Of a stretch of DNA of 64,000 nt, positions 28,099-37,961 are shown in pieces. The notes under the pieces were generated by a model. It was not told the DNA's origin and did no database searches. It worked only from the letters and a program-made list of their open reading frames with translations. Origin of the DNA: Patescibacteria group bacterium (GTDB taxonomy: Bacteria; Patescibacteriota; Patescibacteriia; JACRDY01); NCBI GenBank assembly GCA_041653535.1, contig JBAZFH010000002.1, forward strand, positions 7,209 to 71,208, in the 5' to 3' direction. A program made the translations under genes and the position numbers. Position 1 is the stretch's first letter. Every line of letters begins with the position of its first letter.

Positions 28099-29436
28099 CT
28101 ACTTCTTATTATACTCTTTTTTGTCCTCCGTCAAGATAACGCCAATACTAGCTCCATACGCCACCACCGACATTAACCCAAAAAACATCCACCACAGTAC
28201 CGCCAGATCGTTTTTAAAATACGGTACGTCTACAAGACCGTGAACCAAAATCGTTACCATTGCTGCGACCAGTCCGGCAGTAAAAATTTGTATTTGACCT
28301 TGTTTTTTATCCTTATCTTTTCGCGAAAAAACAGTCCTTAATCCTATCCAAAAGTAATGAACGATCGATCCCAAAAAAACTATCAGTCCGGCTAGACCCA
28401 GTTCCGACCAAAAGTTTATGACGAAATTATGCGGATACAAAAATATCTCGATATATTTTGCCTGATGATAAGGCACTATTGCGCTCTGATAACCGGCTAG
28501 TCCCGCGCCGAGCAACCAATGATTCTTAATCATGTTCCAGCTCTCTGCCCAAATCGTTAATCGTACACTCCCCGACCAATCAGAAAAAGTCAGCTTTTGC
28601 ATAATACTAGATGGCAAGCCAAAAAGTAAAAAGTAGAAAATAAGAAACAAAATAGCTCCAACGACATACCAACGAGTTTTTTTGACAAGCAAACCAAAAA
28701 CTACTAAACCGGCAGCCAACCCAACTAATGCTCCGTCGGAATGCGCCCACCAAATCGCCAAAGCTCCACAGACTATAGTTGAAACTAAAAAAACTATTTC
28801 TAACACTTGTTGTGCGCTGCGGGCTGCGTGCCGTTTTATTGAAACCAAATATCCCACCATCATCATCACAATCGGCGCAACAAAAAGCCCAACCGCGTTT
28901 GGGTAGCTGTAAAAACTAGTCACGCGAGGTCCTTCACCTAAATACCAATATTGATATGGCACCAGAAAACCATTGGTAAATTTTTGAATAATCGCAAAAA
29001 CAGAAATTACCAACGCCACCAAACCAAGGGAATGAACGACGTTTCTTAACTGCTCTGAGGTTTTAATCACACTGGAAAAAATTATAAAAAACAATATTGC
29101 TTCAACAAAATACGCCTTCCAAATACCGGCAGCCCGTACTAATTCTGGCGAGACAAGCATTGAGATGGTGGCAATAACCAAAATCAAAACAGACCATTTG
29201 GCAAACTTGCTTTGCGGCCAAAGTTCAAACTTACTCGATATCGCGCGCCAAAACCAAACCAGAAATAAAACTAAAATTTCCAACTCCAAAAGCGTCAATG
29301 GTAAAAACCCTAGCTGCAAACGAACGCCATAGCTAGGTAGTGTCAACAAAACCAAATACACGCCCCAGTCGAGACGACGAATGCAGACGTAGGCGAAAAA
29401 TAATAGATAGATTGTAATCAAAAGGTAGGTTAACAT
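28099..29436 (-). CDS. O-antigen ligase family protein
   Basis: RVTSFYSYPNAVG, RLTIW, GAGLAGY, YPHNFVINFWSELG. Confidence 0.85.
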   Translation of the reverse strand: MLTYLLITIYLLFFAYVCIRRLDWGVYLVLLTLPSYGVRLQLGFLPLTLLELEILVLFLVWFWRAISSKFELWPQSKFAKWSVLILVIATISMLVSPELVRAAGIWKAYFVEAILFFIIFSSVIKTSEQLRNVVHSLGLVALVISVFAIIQKFTNGFLVPYQYWYLGEGPRVTSFYSYPNAVGLFVAPIVMMMVGYLVSIKRHAARSAQQVLEIVFLVSTIVCGALAIWWAHSDGALVGLAAGLVVFGLLVKKTRWYVVGAILFLIFYFLLFGLPSSIMQKLTFSDWSGSVRLTIWAESWNMIKNHWLLGAGLAGYQSAIVPYHQAKYIEIFLYPHNFVINFWSELGLAGLIVFLGSIVHYFWIGLRTVFSRKDKDKKQGQIQIFTAGLVAAMVTILVHGLVDVPYFKNDLAVLWWMFFGLMSVVAYGASIGVILTEDKKEYNKK

Positions 29437-29444
29437 AGGTAAAA

Positions 29445-29517
29445 TATTTAGGGGCTAGTATTTAGTGACCAGAAAAAGACAACTACCAAATACCAAATAC
29501 TAAGACCTAAATACTAA
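29445..29517. repeat. inverted pair of heptamer arrays with no gene between
   Basis: tatttag gggctag tatttag tgaccag / ctaccaa ataccaa atactaa gacctaa atactaa. Confidence 0.65.
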
Positions 29518-29522
29518 AATGA

Positions 29523-30941
29523 TTATTTAACTAAATTTTGCAAAAGCTCTTTATTAATGCCACCGATCAGATAAAATATTGCGGCATAAGTTACCGTACC
29601 TACTATCAAGGAAACTAACAACCCGCCGCCATACCAACCAACCACCAATAACACAGCGCCCATCACCAAACTAGACAGGAGCGCTTTATTAAAAATATTA
29701 AACCCTACTGTTTTACCAGTAGCCCGCGTTACCACAAAGATAGAAATTACTAAAATCATCATCTCGGCTAACACCGTTGTCCATGCCGCCGCAAAGTAAG
29801 AATATTTCGGTATTAGCCAAAGATAGCCAGCTAAAGCAACAACGGCGGTAACAAAAAACCCTTTAAGGATTTGCCGTTGGCGTTCCAGGGCGATAATCGC
29901 ATGATTAAAAATAGTGCTAAAATATATTGCTCCGGTGGCAATAATTAATATTTGCAAAAGCGGTCCGGCGTCAGTAAAGCCTTGACCGGCAACTAAAAAC
30001 ATGATTTTTTTTGCTAGCACAATACCGCCAATCATCATTGGTAGTGTCACCGCGCAAATAAAGTCCCAAGATTTTTGCGTAATCTCCCAAAACCGTTGTC
30101 CGTCTTTAGCCGCCAATGACGCCGACATTAACGGTAAAACTAACCCCATAAAAATATATGGCAATCCGGCTAAAATTTCCAAAACTTTATAGGTCGCACC
30201 ATAAATCCCGACCTCTGCCTGACTGCGTATCAAAGACAAAATCAATGTGTCAGCCTTGAAATAAACCAAATTGAAAATGATTGACAGACCGATCGGCCAT
30301 GATTTATAAAATACTTCTTTCCAAACCGACCAGTCAAAAGCTAACCTGATTCTTGTAATCGAACGAGAAAGTATAAATAAAAGCAAAAAATTCACCAGAT
30401 TGCCAATCGACACCGCCGCCATAATCGCTAACAAGTTCCAACCGAAATAAACGGCTAATACGGCGCCAAAAAATATAATTGACCGACCGACCACATCGGC
30501 GATAGTCGCTTTCCCCATTTTTAATTCACGCTGAAAAAGACCGAGTATCAGTTGATTGAGTGAAGTGAAAAACAGCGCCCAAGTGGTAACTAAAACGCCC
30601 CATTTAATAATCGCTGGATAGGGGAAAAACCAAACTACTAAAGGCGCTAACGCAAAAAAGAACAGTGCCGAAATTAGACGAAAAGTAAAAATATTGGAAG
30701 TTAATTTTTCCGTCTCATCCGGTCGCGACGAGATCATTTGAACGATAATTACCGCCAAGCCGAAATCGACTATGATCCCAAAAAACTGCAAAAAAGCGAT
30801 AATCGTCGAATATTGACCAAAGCCTTCTCGTCCCAAATAACGGGTCATGACACCAATCGTCAACAAACCCAAAATCATCGCGACAGCTTTGCCCGATATC
30901 TGGATAAAGGTATTTTTCAAAACTTTTTTTACTACTGACAT
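29523..30941 (-). CDS. Wzx-type polysaccharide flippase
   Basis: RYLGREGFGQY, DFGL, DTLILS..EVGIYG; 12-14 TM. Confidence 0.9.
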   Translation of the reverse strand: MSVVKKVLKNTFIQISGKAVAMILGLLTIGVMTRYLGREGFGQYSTIIAFLQFFGIIVDFGLAVIIVQMISSRPDETEKLTSNIFTFRLISALFFFALAPLVVWFFPYPAIIKWGVLVTTWALFFTSLNQLILGLFQRELKMGKATIADVVGRSIIFFGAVLAVYFGWNLLAIMAAVSIGNLVNFLLLFILSRSITRIRLAFDWSVWKEVFYKSWPIGLSIIFNLVYFKADTLILSLIRSQAEVGIYGATYKVLEILAGLPYIFMGLVLPLMSASLAAKDGQRFWEITQKSWDFICAVTLPMMIGGIVLAKKIMFLVAGQGFTDAGPLLQILIIATGAIYFSTIFNHAIIALERQRQILKGFFVTAVVALAGYLWLIPKYSYFAAAWTTVLAEMMILVISIFVVTRATGKTVGFNIFNKALLSSLVMGAVLLVVGWYGGGLLVSLIVGTVTYAAIFYLIGGINKELLQNLVK

Positions 30942-31028
30942 TGGTATTATCTTATCATCGTTTGATTTTTTTTTCTACCATCAAAAAAACGGCTAGACAG
31001 CCGCTTATTTTTTAGACTCAAAAAAATA

Positions 31029-31580
31029 TTATCCACTCATCGCGCTATTTCGACGGCGGCACTCTTCTGACAAAACCATTATTTTACGCGCCACAGCGTC
31101 GGCATGAGCAACTTGCTGCAAAATAGTATTAGACACAGCACCAGCGGCTTGAACGCTGATATTTCCATAATGTAACAGCGTCGGGACAAAACCGCTAATA
31201 TCAGCATTAACATCTTGCACCCGATCAAGCTGCAGTTCTATAAGCGATCGGGAAAAAAGACCTTTTTGTTCTATACTGATTATCCTTTCAGTCGTTATTA
31301 CCCATACATCCAGCCAATAATCGAGAAACCCGGCAAAAACAAACAACACTACAAATAACATATAAATACTGCCCGCCAAAAAAATTAATGCGTGCAACAT
31401 CTCGTCATCCCAAATAATGGGGAATTGTGAAGACAAAAACCAACGAATCACCCATGGCACTAACAAAAGAATAAAATAGATAACAAATTCTTTAAAAACT
31501 ATAAAACCATGACGACGGACCACCATCTGGACGCTCTCTCCTTTCTCCGGCATTGGTAAAAATAGTCTAGCTCTCATCAT
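31029..31580 (-). CDS. bacterial PH-domain membrane protein
   Basis: VRRH, WVITTERII, LDRVQDV, YGNISVQAAG. Confidence 0.75.
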   Translation of the reverse strand: MMRARLFLPMPEKGESVQMVVRRHGFIVFKEFVIYFILLLVPWVIRWFLSSQFPIIWDDEMLHALIFLAGSIYMLFVVLFVFAGFLDYWLDVWVITTERIISIEQKGLFSRSLIELQLDRVQDVNADISGFVPTLLHYGNISVQAAGAVSNTILQQVAHADAVARKIMVLSEECRRRNSAMSG

Positions 31581-31590
31581 AATATAACAA

Positions 31591-31884
31591 CTAAAAAGTT
31601 TCGTTAATTTCATTAATCGCCTGTTCTTCACTACCGATATTGAACCCGCTGATCCCCGGTGGGTTAAACTCGAAACCTTCTTTCCAGTTGACTTGACGAA
31701 TATAATCAAAAGAAACAAACATGATTATTATTGTCGCGGCGATAAATAAAAAAGTAATAAAAAACGTGGCAAAGTCCCAAAAAGAAAACCGAATAGCATG
31801 ATATATGTTAAAAAAGGCAAAAAATAAAAATACAACCACCAAGCCTATGTAAAGATACAGAAAAATGGAAAGAGGAATTAGCAT
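31591..31884 (-). CDS. small membrane protein
   Basis: Two TM segments from MLIPLSIF. Confidence 0.6.
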   Translation of the reverse strand: MLIPLSIFLYLYIGLVVVFLFFAFFNIYHAIRFSFWDFATFFITFLFIAATIIIMFVSFDYIRQVNWKEGFEFNPPGISGFNIGSEEQAINEINETF

Positions 31885-31903
31885 AAAAATTAATAATTGA
31901 CTT

Positions 31904-32944
31904 TTAAAGCCCCAACTTGCTTTGATAATCGCTAGGAACGTTTTTACCCAGATGTTCATAAGCAGCCGGCGTTACTATCCTACCACGCGGGGTACGGGAC
32001 AACAATCCTAGTTGCATCAGAAACGGCTCATAAACATCTTCTATTGTTTCAATCTCTTCTGCAATCGCGGCAGCAAGAGTGTTCAGCCCCACTGGTCCGC
32101 CGGAAAATTTGTCTATTATTACTTCTAAAAGCCTCCGGTCGACCGCGTCCAGACCAATATGATCAACTTCCAACATCTGTAGAGCGGATAAAGCCGTATC
32201 TTTTTTTATCTTACCATCTTCCTTTACTTCCGCATAATCGCGGACTCTCTTTAATAACCGATTAGCTACACGCGGGGTTTGACGAGCGCGACCGGATATT
32301 TCGACGGCGGCATCGCTATCCATCTCGATTCCCAATATTTTTGCCGAACGACCGATGATTTGCTGAATGTCTTTATTGTGATAAAAATTCAAATGATAAA
32401 TATTGCCAAAACGATCGCGCAACGGAGACGACAAAGAGCCGATCCTGGTAGTCGCCCCGATTAAAGTAAATTTAGGCAACTGCAAGCGCAGTGTCCGCGC
32501 CGAAGGACCTTTGCCGATTATAATATCCAACGCGTAATCTTCCATCGCCGGGTAAAGAACTTCTTCCACCATTTTATTAAGTCGATGAATCTCATCTATA
32601 AACAGAACATCTCCTTCGGCTAAATTAGTCAATATCGCTGCCAAATCTCCAGCGCGTTCGATCGCCGGTCCGGAAGTAACACGAATATTGACATTCATTT
32701 CTTTGGCTATAATATGAGCAAGCGTCGTCTTGCCAAGTCCCGGAGGACCATAAAGTAAGACATGTTCGATCGGTTCTCCACGACCCTTTGCCGCCGACAT
32801 GAAAATCTCTAGATTCTCTTTTACCTTTTCCTGGCCAATATAATCTTGCAATTTTTGCGGGCGTAAAGTAACGTCAAAATTGGTTTCTTCTTTTTTTTCT
32901 TCTGGGTCGATAACCCTTTCTTTTTTTGGCTTTTTTTGAGTCAT
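31904..32944 (-). CDS. ruvB: Holliday junction branch migration helicase RuvB
   Basis: [40 protein letters not shown]. Confidence 0.98.
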   Translation of the reverse strand: MTQKKPKKERVIDPEEKKEETNFDVTLRPQKLQDYIGQEKVKENLEIFMSAAKGRGEPIEHVLLYGPPGLGKTTLAHIIAKEMNVNIRVTSGPAIERAGDLAAILTNLAEGDVLFIDEIHRLNKMVEEVLYPAMEDYALDIIIGKGPSARTLRLQLPKFTLIGATTRIGSLSSPLRDRFGNIYHLNFYHNKDIQQIIGRSAKILGIEMDSDAAVEISGRARQTPRVANRLLKRVRDYAEVKEDGKIKKDTALSALQMLEVDHIGLDAVDRRLLEVIIDKFSGGPVGLNTLAAAIAEEIETIEDVYEPFLMQLGLLSRTPRGRIVTPAAYEHLGKNVPSDYQSKLGL

Positions 32945-33000
32945 AATATATATAAACCGACCCACTTAACTATTTTTTATAAAACGCTAAAATACCAATA

Positions 33001-33294
33001 TTGGCACACTAGTTACTTGAGGAAAGAAAAAGTCGACTCCCGCTGAAAGTCAAAAACTTTCATTAAGGTCTTATGACTGAAAAGGGATCGGCCAAAACCA
33101 GTTCGGCGTACAAGCTGGCGTGCGTTGCCAAAACTGGGGTTGTAGGGATGGTCAATGACTCAACGCCAAGAGTCAAGAAAGTTACAAAACCTTATCAGGT
33201 CTTTCTGCACCACCACCCTGAAGACGGGTGCCTACCAAAGCTTTAACAGCATTATTACGACCCCCAAGGCTAAGCAAGAACTAGTGTAAGCCAA
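33001..33294 (+). ncRNA. unclassified large structured RNA (~295 nt)
   Basis: Complementary ends ttggc-acactagtt-a-cttg / caag-aactagtgt-aa-gccaa; many internal stems; upstream gcTAAAAT and downstream terminator. Confidence 0.7.
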
Positions 33295-33304
33295 CCATTC
33301 ATCT

Positions 33305-33335
33305 AAAGAGTTTCGCATTTTGCGAAACTCTTTTT
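33305..33335 (+). terminator. intrinsic terminator after the ncRNA
   Basis: aaagagtttcgca-ttt-tgcgaaactcttt then T run. Confidence 0.8.
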
Positions 33336-33471
33336 CTTTCTAATGACCTGCCTTAATTTTAGCCTTTTAACCGCTATAAATCAAGCAGTGATTTTATTGT
33401 TTGTTGTTCTACTTTTTACTATAAAAAAAGGGAGGTCGCCGTTTGGTCGAGTCTCCCTTTGTATGAATATT

Positions 33472-33954
33472 TTATTTTTTCTTCTTATTTTTTTTATCCG
33501 GCAACGAATACCGGAGCATTCCCTGACCGCCGCCCGGACCGAACGGACGACCGCTGGGAAGTCCTTGTTCGAATACCGACGACAACGAATCGGGATCGAC
33601 CTTTTTCACGAGATCAATTAGTAGATCGTCGATATCCTTATAATTCACTCGTTTAGTCTCGCCGTCATAATCGGCAAAGACACGATTGAAAGCAAAAATC
33701 ATTTTCAAATTATCGTCCAAGAAAACACCGTAGATGTTGTCGGTCTGGTTGCGACCGAAAATTTTGAGCGCCAACTTGCGTTGGAACTCCGTAATTTGCT
33801 GACCAAAGGTTACTTCGAAGTCCTCCAGTCTGCTGGTTTTTGCCTGCATCATAATAAGATATAGAAACCTTTCCTCCTCCTCACCGGGCAAAACCACATA
33901 AACTTTGTGGTTTTGTAAATCCTTAGTAATCAACCTGATAGCATTGTTGGTCAT
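33472..33954 (-). CDS. hypothetical protein coupled to radical SAM gene
   Basis: SD AGGAGGA before MTNNAIRL; Gly/Pro-rich tail ending GMLRYSLPDKKNKKKK. Confidence 0.7.
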   Translation of the reverse strand: MTNNAIRLITKDLQNHKVYVVLPGEEEERFLYLIMMQAKTSRLEDFEVTFGQQITEFQRKLALKIFGRNQTDNIYGVFLDDNLKMIFAFNRVFADYDGETKRVNYKDIDDLLIDLVKKVDPDSLSSVFEQGLPSGRPFGPGGGQGMLRYSLPDKKNKKKK

Positions 33955-33983
33955 TTCCTTGTCCTCCTTCTGGTTTAAGATTA

Positions 33984-35000
33984 TCAACTCTGAAAACTTC
34001 TGACAAAGCAAAACGGCGAGCTGTGCAAGTAGCCGTAATAAGCAAACGACTGGCTATTGCAGCCACCGCGGCATTGGTTCAAATAATTACAACCGGCGCA
34101 ATTGCCTTTTACGCTGCCAGGGTCAAACTGCCGATTGAAATCGAATATTGAAGAGCTTTTCCAAATCTCGCTCAAAGGTTTAGACTGGACGTTTTCACCG
34201 CGAATACCTCCTTGCAGCGAGAGACACGGCATAACGTTTCCGCTCGCATCAATACCGAGAGAAGAAATGCCAGCCGAGCATCCATTCCAGCAACCGGAAC
34301 GAATTATATCAGGAGACGCTGCGCCGAAACAATCAGCAGCCTGGATACTTATTTGGCTAAACTGTTTTCGCAGCACGGCGACTTGCCGGCAAACTTCTCG
34401 AAATTCCTGCTCGCCCAAAAGCAGCTCACGACGTGTTTTCATCCTGCCAAAAGGCATGGCGAGCTGTATTTGCCAAGAATCTACTTCGGCGAGATCAAAA
34501 AAAGCGCCTAACCGCGTCAGCTCTTGATAGTTTAACTTGTGCAAAGTCGTAACCGCACAAATCGGTACAGCCAATCGCTGTAAGACAAAAATGTTTTTCA
34601 TCAGCCCTTGCCAGCTATTTTCGTTTCTCCTTATTTTATTATGAACATTTTTCAAACCATCAATACTCAGACCAACCGCGAACGGCTGACTCTGCGTTAT
34701 CGCTTCCTGCAGTAAGTCGGAAAATGGCTGCAAACCGTTGCTGATAAAACCGACCTTCAAACCCAACCCAGCGGCTGTAAGTAAAAGGCTTTCAAAGCCT
34801 TTTTTGAGAGTCGGCTCACCACCGGAAAAAACCACCTTTTCCACTTTCATATCAGCAAGCTGTGTTAACACCTCCTGCCATTGGCAAATCGTCAGTTCCA
34901 GCTTTTCAACCAAAGCCCTGCAATCCGAACCGCAATGCATGCAGTCGAGGTTACACCGCCGAGTGGTTTCTATCACCACTTCTCTTAATAAGTATTCCAT
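33984..35000 (-). CDS. radical SAM/SPASM domain protein
   Basis: CNLDCMHC, SGGEP, SPASM CSAG...GNVMPC...CAGCNYLNQCRGGC...C. Confidence 0.92.
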   Translation of the reverse strand: MEYLLREVVIETTRRCNLDCMHCGSDCRALVEKLELTICQWQEVLTQLADMKVEKVVFSGGEPTLKKGFESLLLTAAGLGLKVGFISNGLQPFSDLLQEAITQSQPFAVGLSIDGLKNVHNKIRRNENSWQGLMKNIFVLQRLAVPICAVTTLHKLNYQELTRLGAFFDLAEVDSWQIQLAMPFGRMKTRRELLLGEQEFREVCRQVAVLRKQFSQISIQAADCFGAASPDIIRSGCWNGCSAGISSLGIDASGNVMPCLSLQGGIRGENVQSKPLSEIWKSSSIFDFNRQFDPGSVKGNCAGCNYLNQCRGGCNSQSFAYYGYLHSSPFCFVRSFQS

Positions 35001-35107
35001 CAGCCTCTCCTTATATAGAAAAAATATTATTAATATTTTAAAGTGCTACTTTAAAGGTTAAAACAGCTCGACCGCTCTGTCAACTAAACTTTTAAAAGCA
35101 ACGGAAG

Positions 35108-36544
35108 CTATTTTACTGTCACTTTTACCCATTTATAACCAATATGATACTTAACTTTCAGCCAAGTTGTTCCCAAAGATTTTCCCGTCAAATTTCCTTT
35201 AAAATCTATTTGAGCTGTTTCAGTGTTCAAAACATCCCACTCTGGCAAAACCTGAACTGTATTATAATTCTGATCGGTGTGTTTAATTTCTAAACTTTTA
35301 CTTTGTCCAATATTTAAATTTATTTCATCCACCTCTTTCCCTTTATCCAAAACTTGTATCCTTGTCAGATTAATCGGATCGACTACTGTTACAACACTTT
35401 TAAATGTCTGCCCGTTGTATTTGGCAGTGATTATAGCCGTCCCCAGCCCCATCGCCGTAACCAGTCCGTTACTGGAAACATACGCAACATTGGTATCGCT
35501 GGAAGAAAAAATCGGATTTACTACTGCACCTTTAAAATAAACAACTATTTTTTTAATACCGCAAGAGTAGGTTAACGGTTCATTTTTCGCTAACATCAGT
35601 TTAGCTGGATAAATAAAAGAATTGCCGCCGGTTATGGCTGTGATTGTTTTATTAATAAACAGCTTGCCGATCTGGTTATGAAAAACAATATTTCTGACAT
35701 CGTTGTTTGCGCCGACGATATCTTTAGTGTGAGCATGGGCATAGCAAATATTGCCGTGCAAAAACCACAAAAAACCTTTTATCTGACCATGAGCAAAAGC
35801 TGTTTGGACATAATAATTTTGAGAACTTGTCAGTGGCTGTGGAACATTGATATTCCTTATATTTTGATATTCCTCATCAGAATAGCCGTTTAGTTGACCG
35901 TGACTTTGGGCTACTAAAAATATATCTTTGCCGGTATTTAAAGCCCACTCAACTCTTGGGTTAACATACCAATTGTAACATTTAGAAAAATTAACCGGCA
36001 ACAAATGATTATATGTCGGACATCTTTCAAAAGTAAATGGTGGTACCGGATAAGCCGGATAAAAATAAGGATCTATCCCGACGTAATCGATATTGGAAGG
36101 GACCTCAGCATCAAGCCCTTGAGATAAACTGTAAGTAATTAACGATTTAGAATAAGGAAAATAAATCTTGGCAGTTTCAATCATTTCACTTAGTTGTTGG
36201 CTGGTAATTCCTTGCAAATCCGGCTCGTCATAAATATAAACTATGGCAACTTGTTTTTTTAATTGTTCGCTGTATCTTTCTGAAATTTTTTGCAGTTCAT
36301 TGTCAATATTGTCTCCGGAAAAAACAAAAGACAAATTAATAATCACCGACATTTTTTCTCCTGCTGCTCTCTTTACTGCTAAAATATCCGTGGGCACGTC
36401 TATCATATAGGTATTAGTGTACCCTTTTACTTGCTCCAGACTGTGATCGGAAAAATTTTCACCGCTAAAATACCCATAATAGTCCACGGCGCTTGCCGGA
36501 AGGGCAAAGAACAAAAATAATATAATAACTAATGCTTTTTTCAT
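35108..36544 (-). CDS. secreted protein with putative glycoside-hydrolase-like N-domain and two Big_2 Ig domains
   Basis: Signal peptide, YIYDEPD, IDPY; FSSSDTNVAYVSSNGLVTAMGLGTAIITA. Confidence 0.7.
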   Translation of the reverse strand: MKKALVIILFLFFALPASAVDYYGYFSGENFSDHSLEQVKGYTNTYMIDVPTDILAVKRAAGEKMSVIINLSFVFSGDNIDNELQKISERYSEQLKKQVAIVYIYDEPDLQGITSQQLSEMIETAKIYFPYSKSLITYSLSQGLDAEVPSNIDYVGIDPYFYPAYPVPPFTFERCPTYNHLLPVNFSKCYNWYVNPRVEWALNTGKDIFLVAQSHGQLNGYSDEEYQNIRNINVPQPLTSSQNYYVQTAFAHGQIKGFLWFLHGNICYAHAHTKDIVGANNDVRNIVFHNQIGKLFINKTITAITGGNSFIYPAKLMLAKNEPLTYSCGIKKIVVYFKGAVVNPIFSSSDTNVAYVSSNGLVTAMGLGTAIITAKYNGQTFKSVVTVVDPINLTRIQVLDKGKEVDEINLNIGQSKSLEIKHTDQNYNTVQVLPEWDVLNTETAQIDFKGNLTGKSLGTTWLKVKYHIGYKWVKVTVK

Positions 36545-36737
36545 TATTATAAATTAAATATAAGCTTCAAATAATTTAACCATATTATTAACTTTTAGTC
36601 AATAATTTTGACGTCTTAAAATCCCGCAACCATGATATTAAAATTATAATCTAGTTATTGCTTAAACTATTTTAAAATCAGATAAAAGTAAAAAATCAAC
36701 TAAAAAACGAGTCTTTAAAACTCGTTTTATCGGAAAA

Positions 36738-36823
36738 TGCCCGGGGCCGGGGTCGAACCGGCATGGAGTTTTATCTCCAAGGGATTTTAAGTCCCTCGTG
36801 TCTGCCAATTTCACCACCCGGGC
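36738..36823 (-). tRNA. tRNA-Leu(TAA)
   Basis: GCCCGGG acceptor, AGGGA-CT-TAA-AA-TCCCT, long variable arm; CCA not encoded. Confidence 0.96.
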
Positions 36824-36912
36824 AGACACCAAACTAAGCACTATTCTAACGAAATTATCTAAAAAGTCAACTAAAAGAAAAACCCCGCCATGTGACGGGG
36901 TGTGTTTTTTTG

Positions 36913-37653
36913 CTACAAACGGCAATATGCCGTGACAAACCCCTTACGCCACGGGGTGTCGGCATAAGGAGTGATTAGTCTGGGACCGTAGCCGTCACCA
37001 TTGAAAAAATAATGACCCGGCTCTTCTAAAAGATCGATATGCCCTTGGTTAAATTTATCTGGATAGTGCAACGCCAAGGACACAACTTCGATCGGACGTA
37101 ACGGTCGTAGTTTATGTTCGGCGAGCTCACGGACTTTTTGGCAGCGCAAAGTCGTTGGCTCGGTGTCGATATTGACGTTGAATATCAGATACAGCTCCGA
37201 CTGATCTCCAGCGACCAGTTTATTGATAAGTCCTGAGGCGACCGTACCCGATCTCATCCTAACCTGTACCGCGTCCAAACGGTTGTTCTCAAGCACCAAT
37301 CGCTTGCTTAGGATTTCCACTCCAGGCAAATTTTTTTCTTTAGCATATGCCAATTGCGAACGCAATTGGCTGATTTTTTTCAAAAACACTTCGCGCCGGA
37401 TGTCAAAATGAGCCTTCAACTCCGGCACTAAAATTTTACCTAATTGAACGTCGATCGGTAAAATAACATGCGGAACTACCAAGAGAACTTTTACAGCCAT
37501 ATCATCACCATCACCGGCGTCGATTGCCGTCGTTCTCAGTTTGGAAATTTTTTCCCAAAACTGATTGTTTGAAACTTTGAGATCTTTTGTCAGACCCAAT
37601 TTTATCAAATGTTCAAGCTGCCGCTCCAGAATTTGAAGGTAATATTGTGGCAT
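36913..37653 (-). CDS. hypothetical protein between two tRNAs
   Basis: 246-aa ORF with own promoter, SD AAGGAGG and downstream hairpin. Confidence 0.7.
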   Translation of the reverse strand: MPQYYLQILERQLEHLIKLGLTKDLKVSNNQFWEKISKLRTTAIDAGDGDDMAVKVLLVVPHVILPIDVQLGKILVPELKAHFDIRREVFLKKISQLRSQLAYAKEKNLPGVEILSKRLVLENNRLDAVQVRMRSGTVASGLINKLVAGDQSELYLIFNVNIDTEPTTLRCQKVRELAEHKLRPLRPIEVVSLALHYPDKFNQGHIDLLEEPGHYFFNGDGYGPRLITPYADTPWRKGFVTAYCRL

Positions 37654-37779
37654 GTTATGCCCTCCTTTTTTTTGTTAAAGATCTGTGAATTATTGATATT
37701 AACCTAACGGCATAAAAAAGTCAATACAACACTATTTTACCCTCTCAAACAAAAAACCCCGACTTTAATCAGGGATTTT

Positions 37780-37855
<76 letters not shown>

Positions 37856-37961
37856 ATATTTTCCTTATACTTATTTTAATTTATTATAACCAATCTTAGC
37901 CTTTTTTCAACTAATAATCTATAATAAATCAGTGAGAATAGAATAGACTTTTTAAAGATTT

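Noticed and set aside
27780-28243. ORFs 27780-28139, 27890-28084 and 27941-28243
   Set aside because: They overlap tRNA-Ser and are shadow frames; ORF 36662-36925 over tRNA-Leu is rejected for the same reason.
33001-33294. RNase P RNA, tmRNA or 6S RNA identity for the structured RNA
   Set aside because: GAGGAAAG is present but not followed by UCC, and there is no 3' ACAGAA...GGCUUA P4 strand. No tRNA-like ends or tag ORF. Too branched for a 6S rod.
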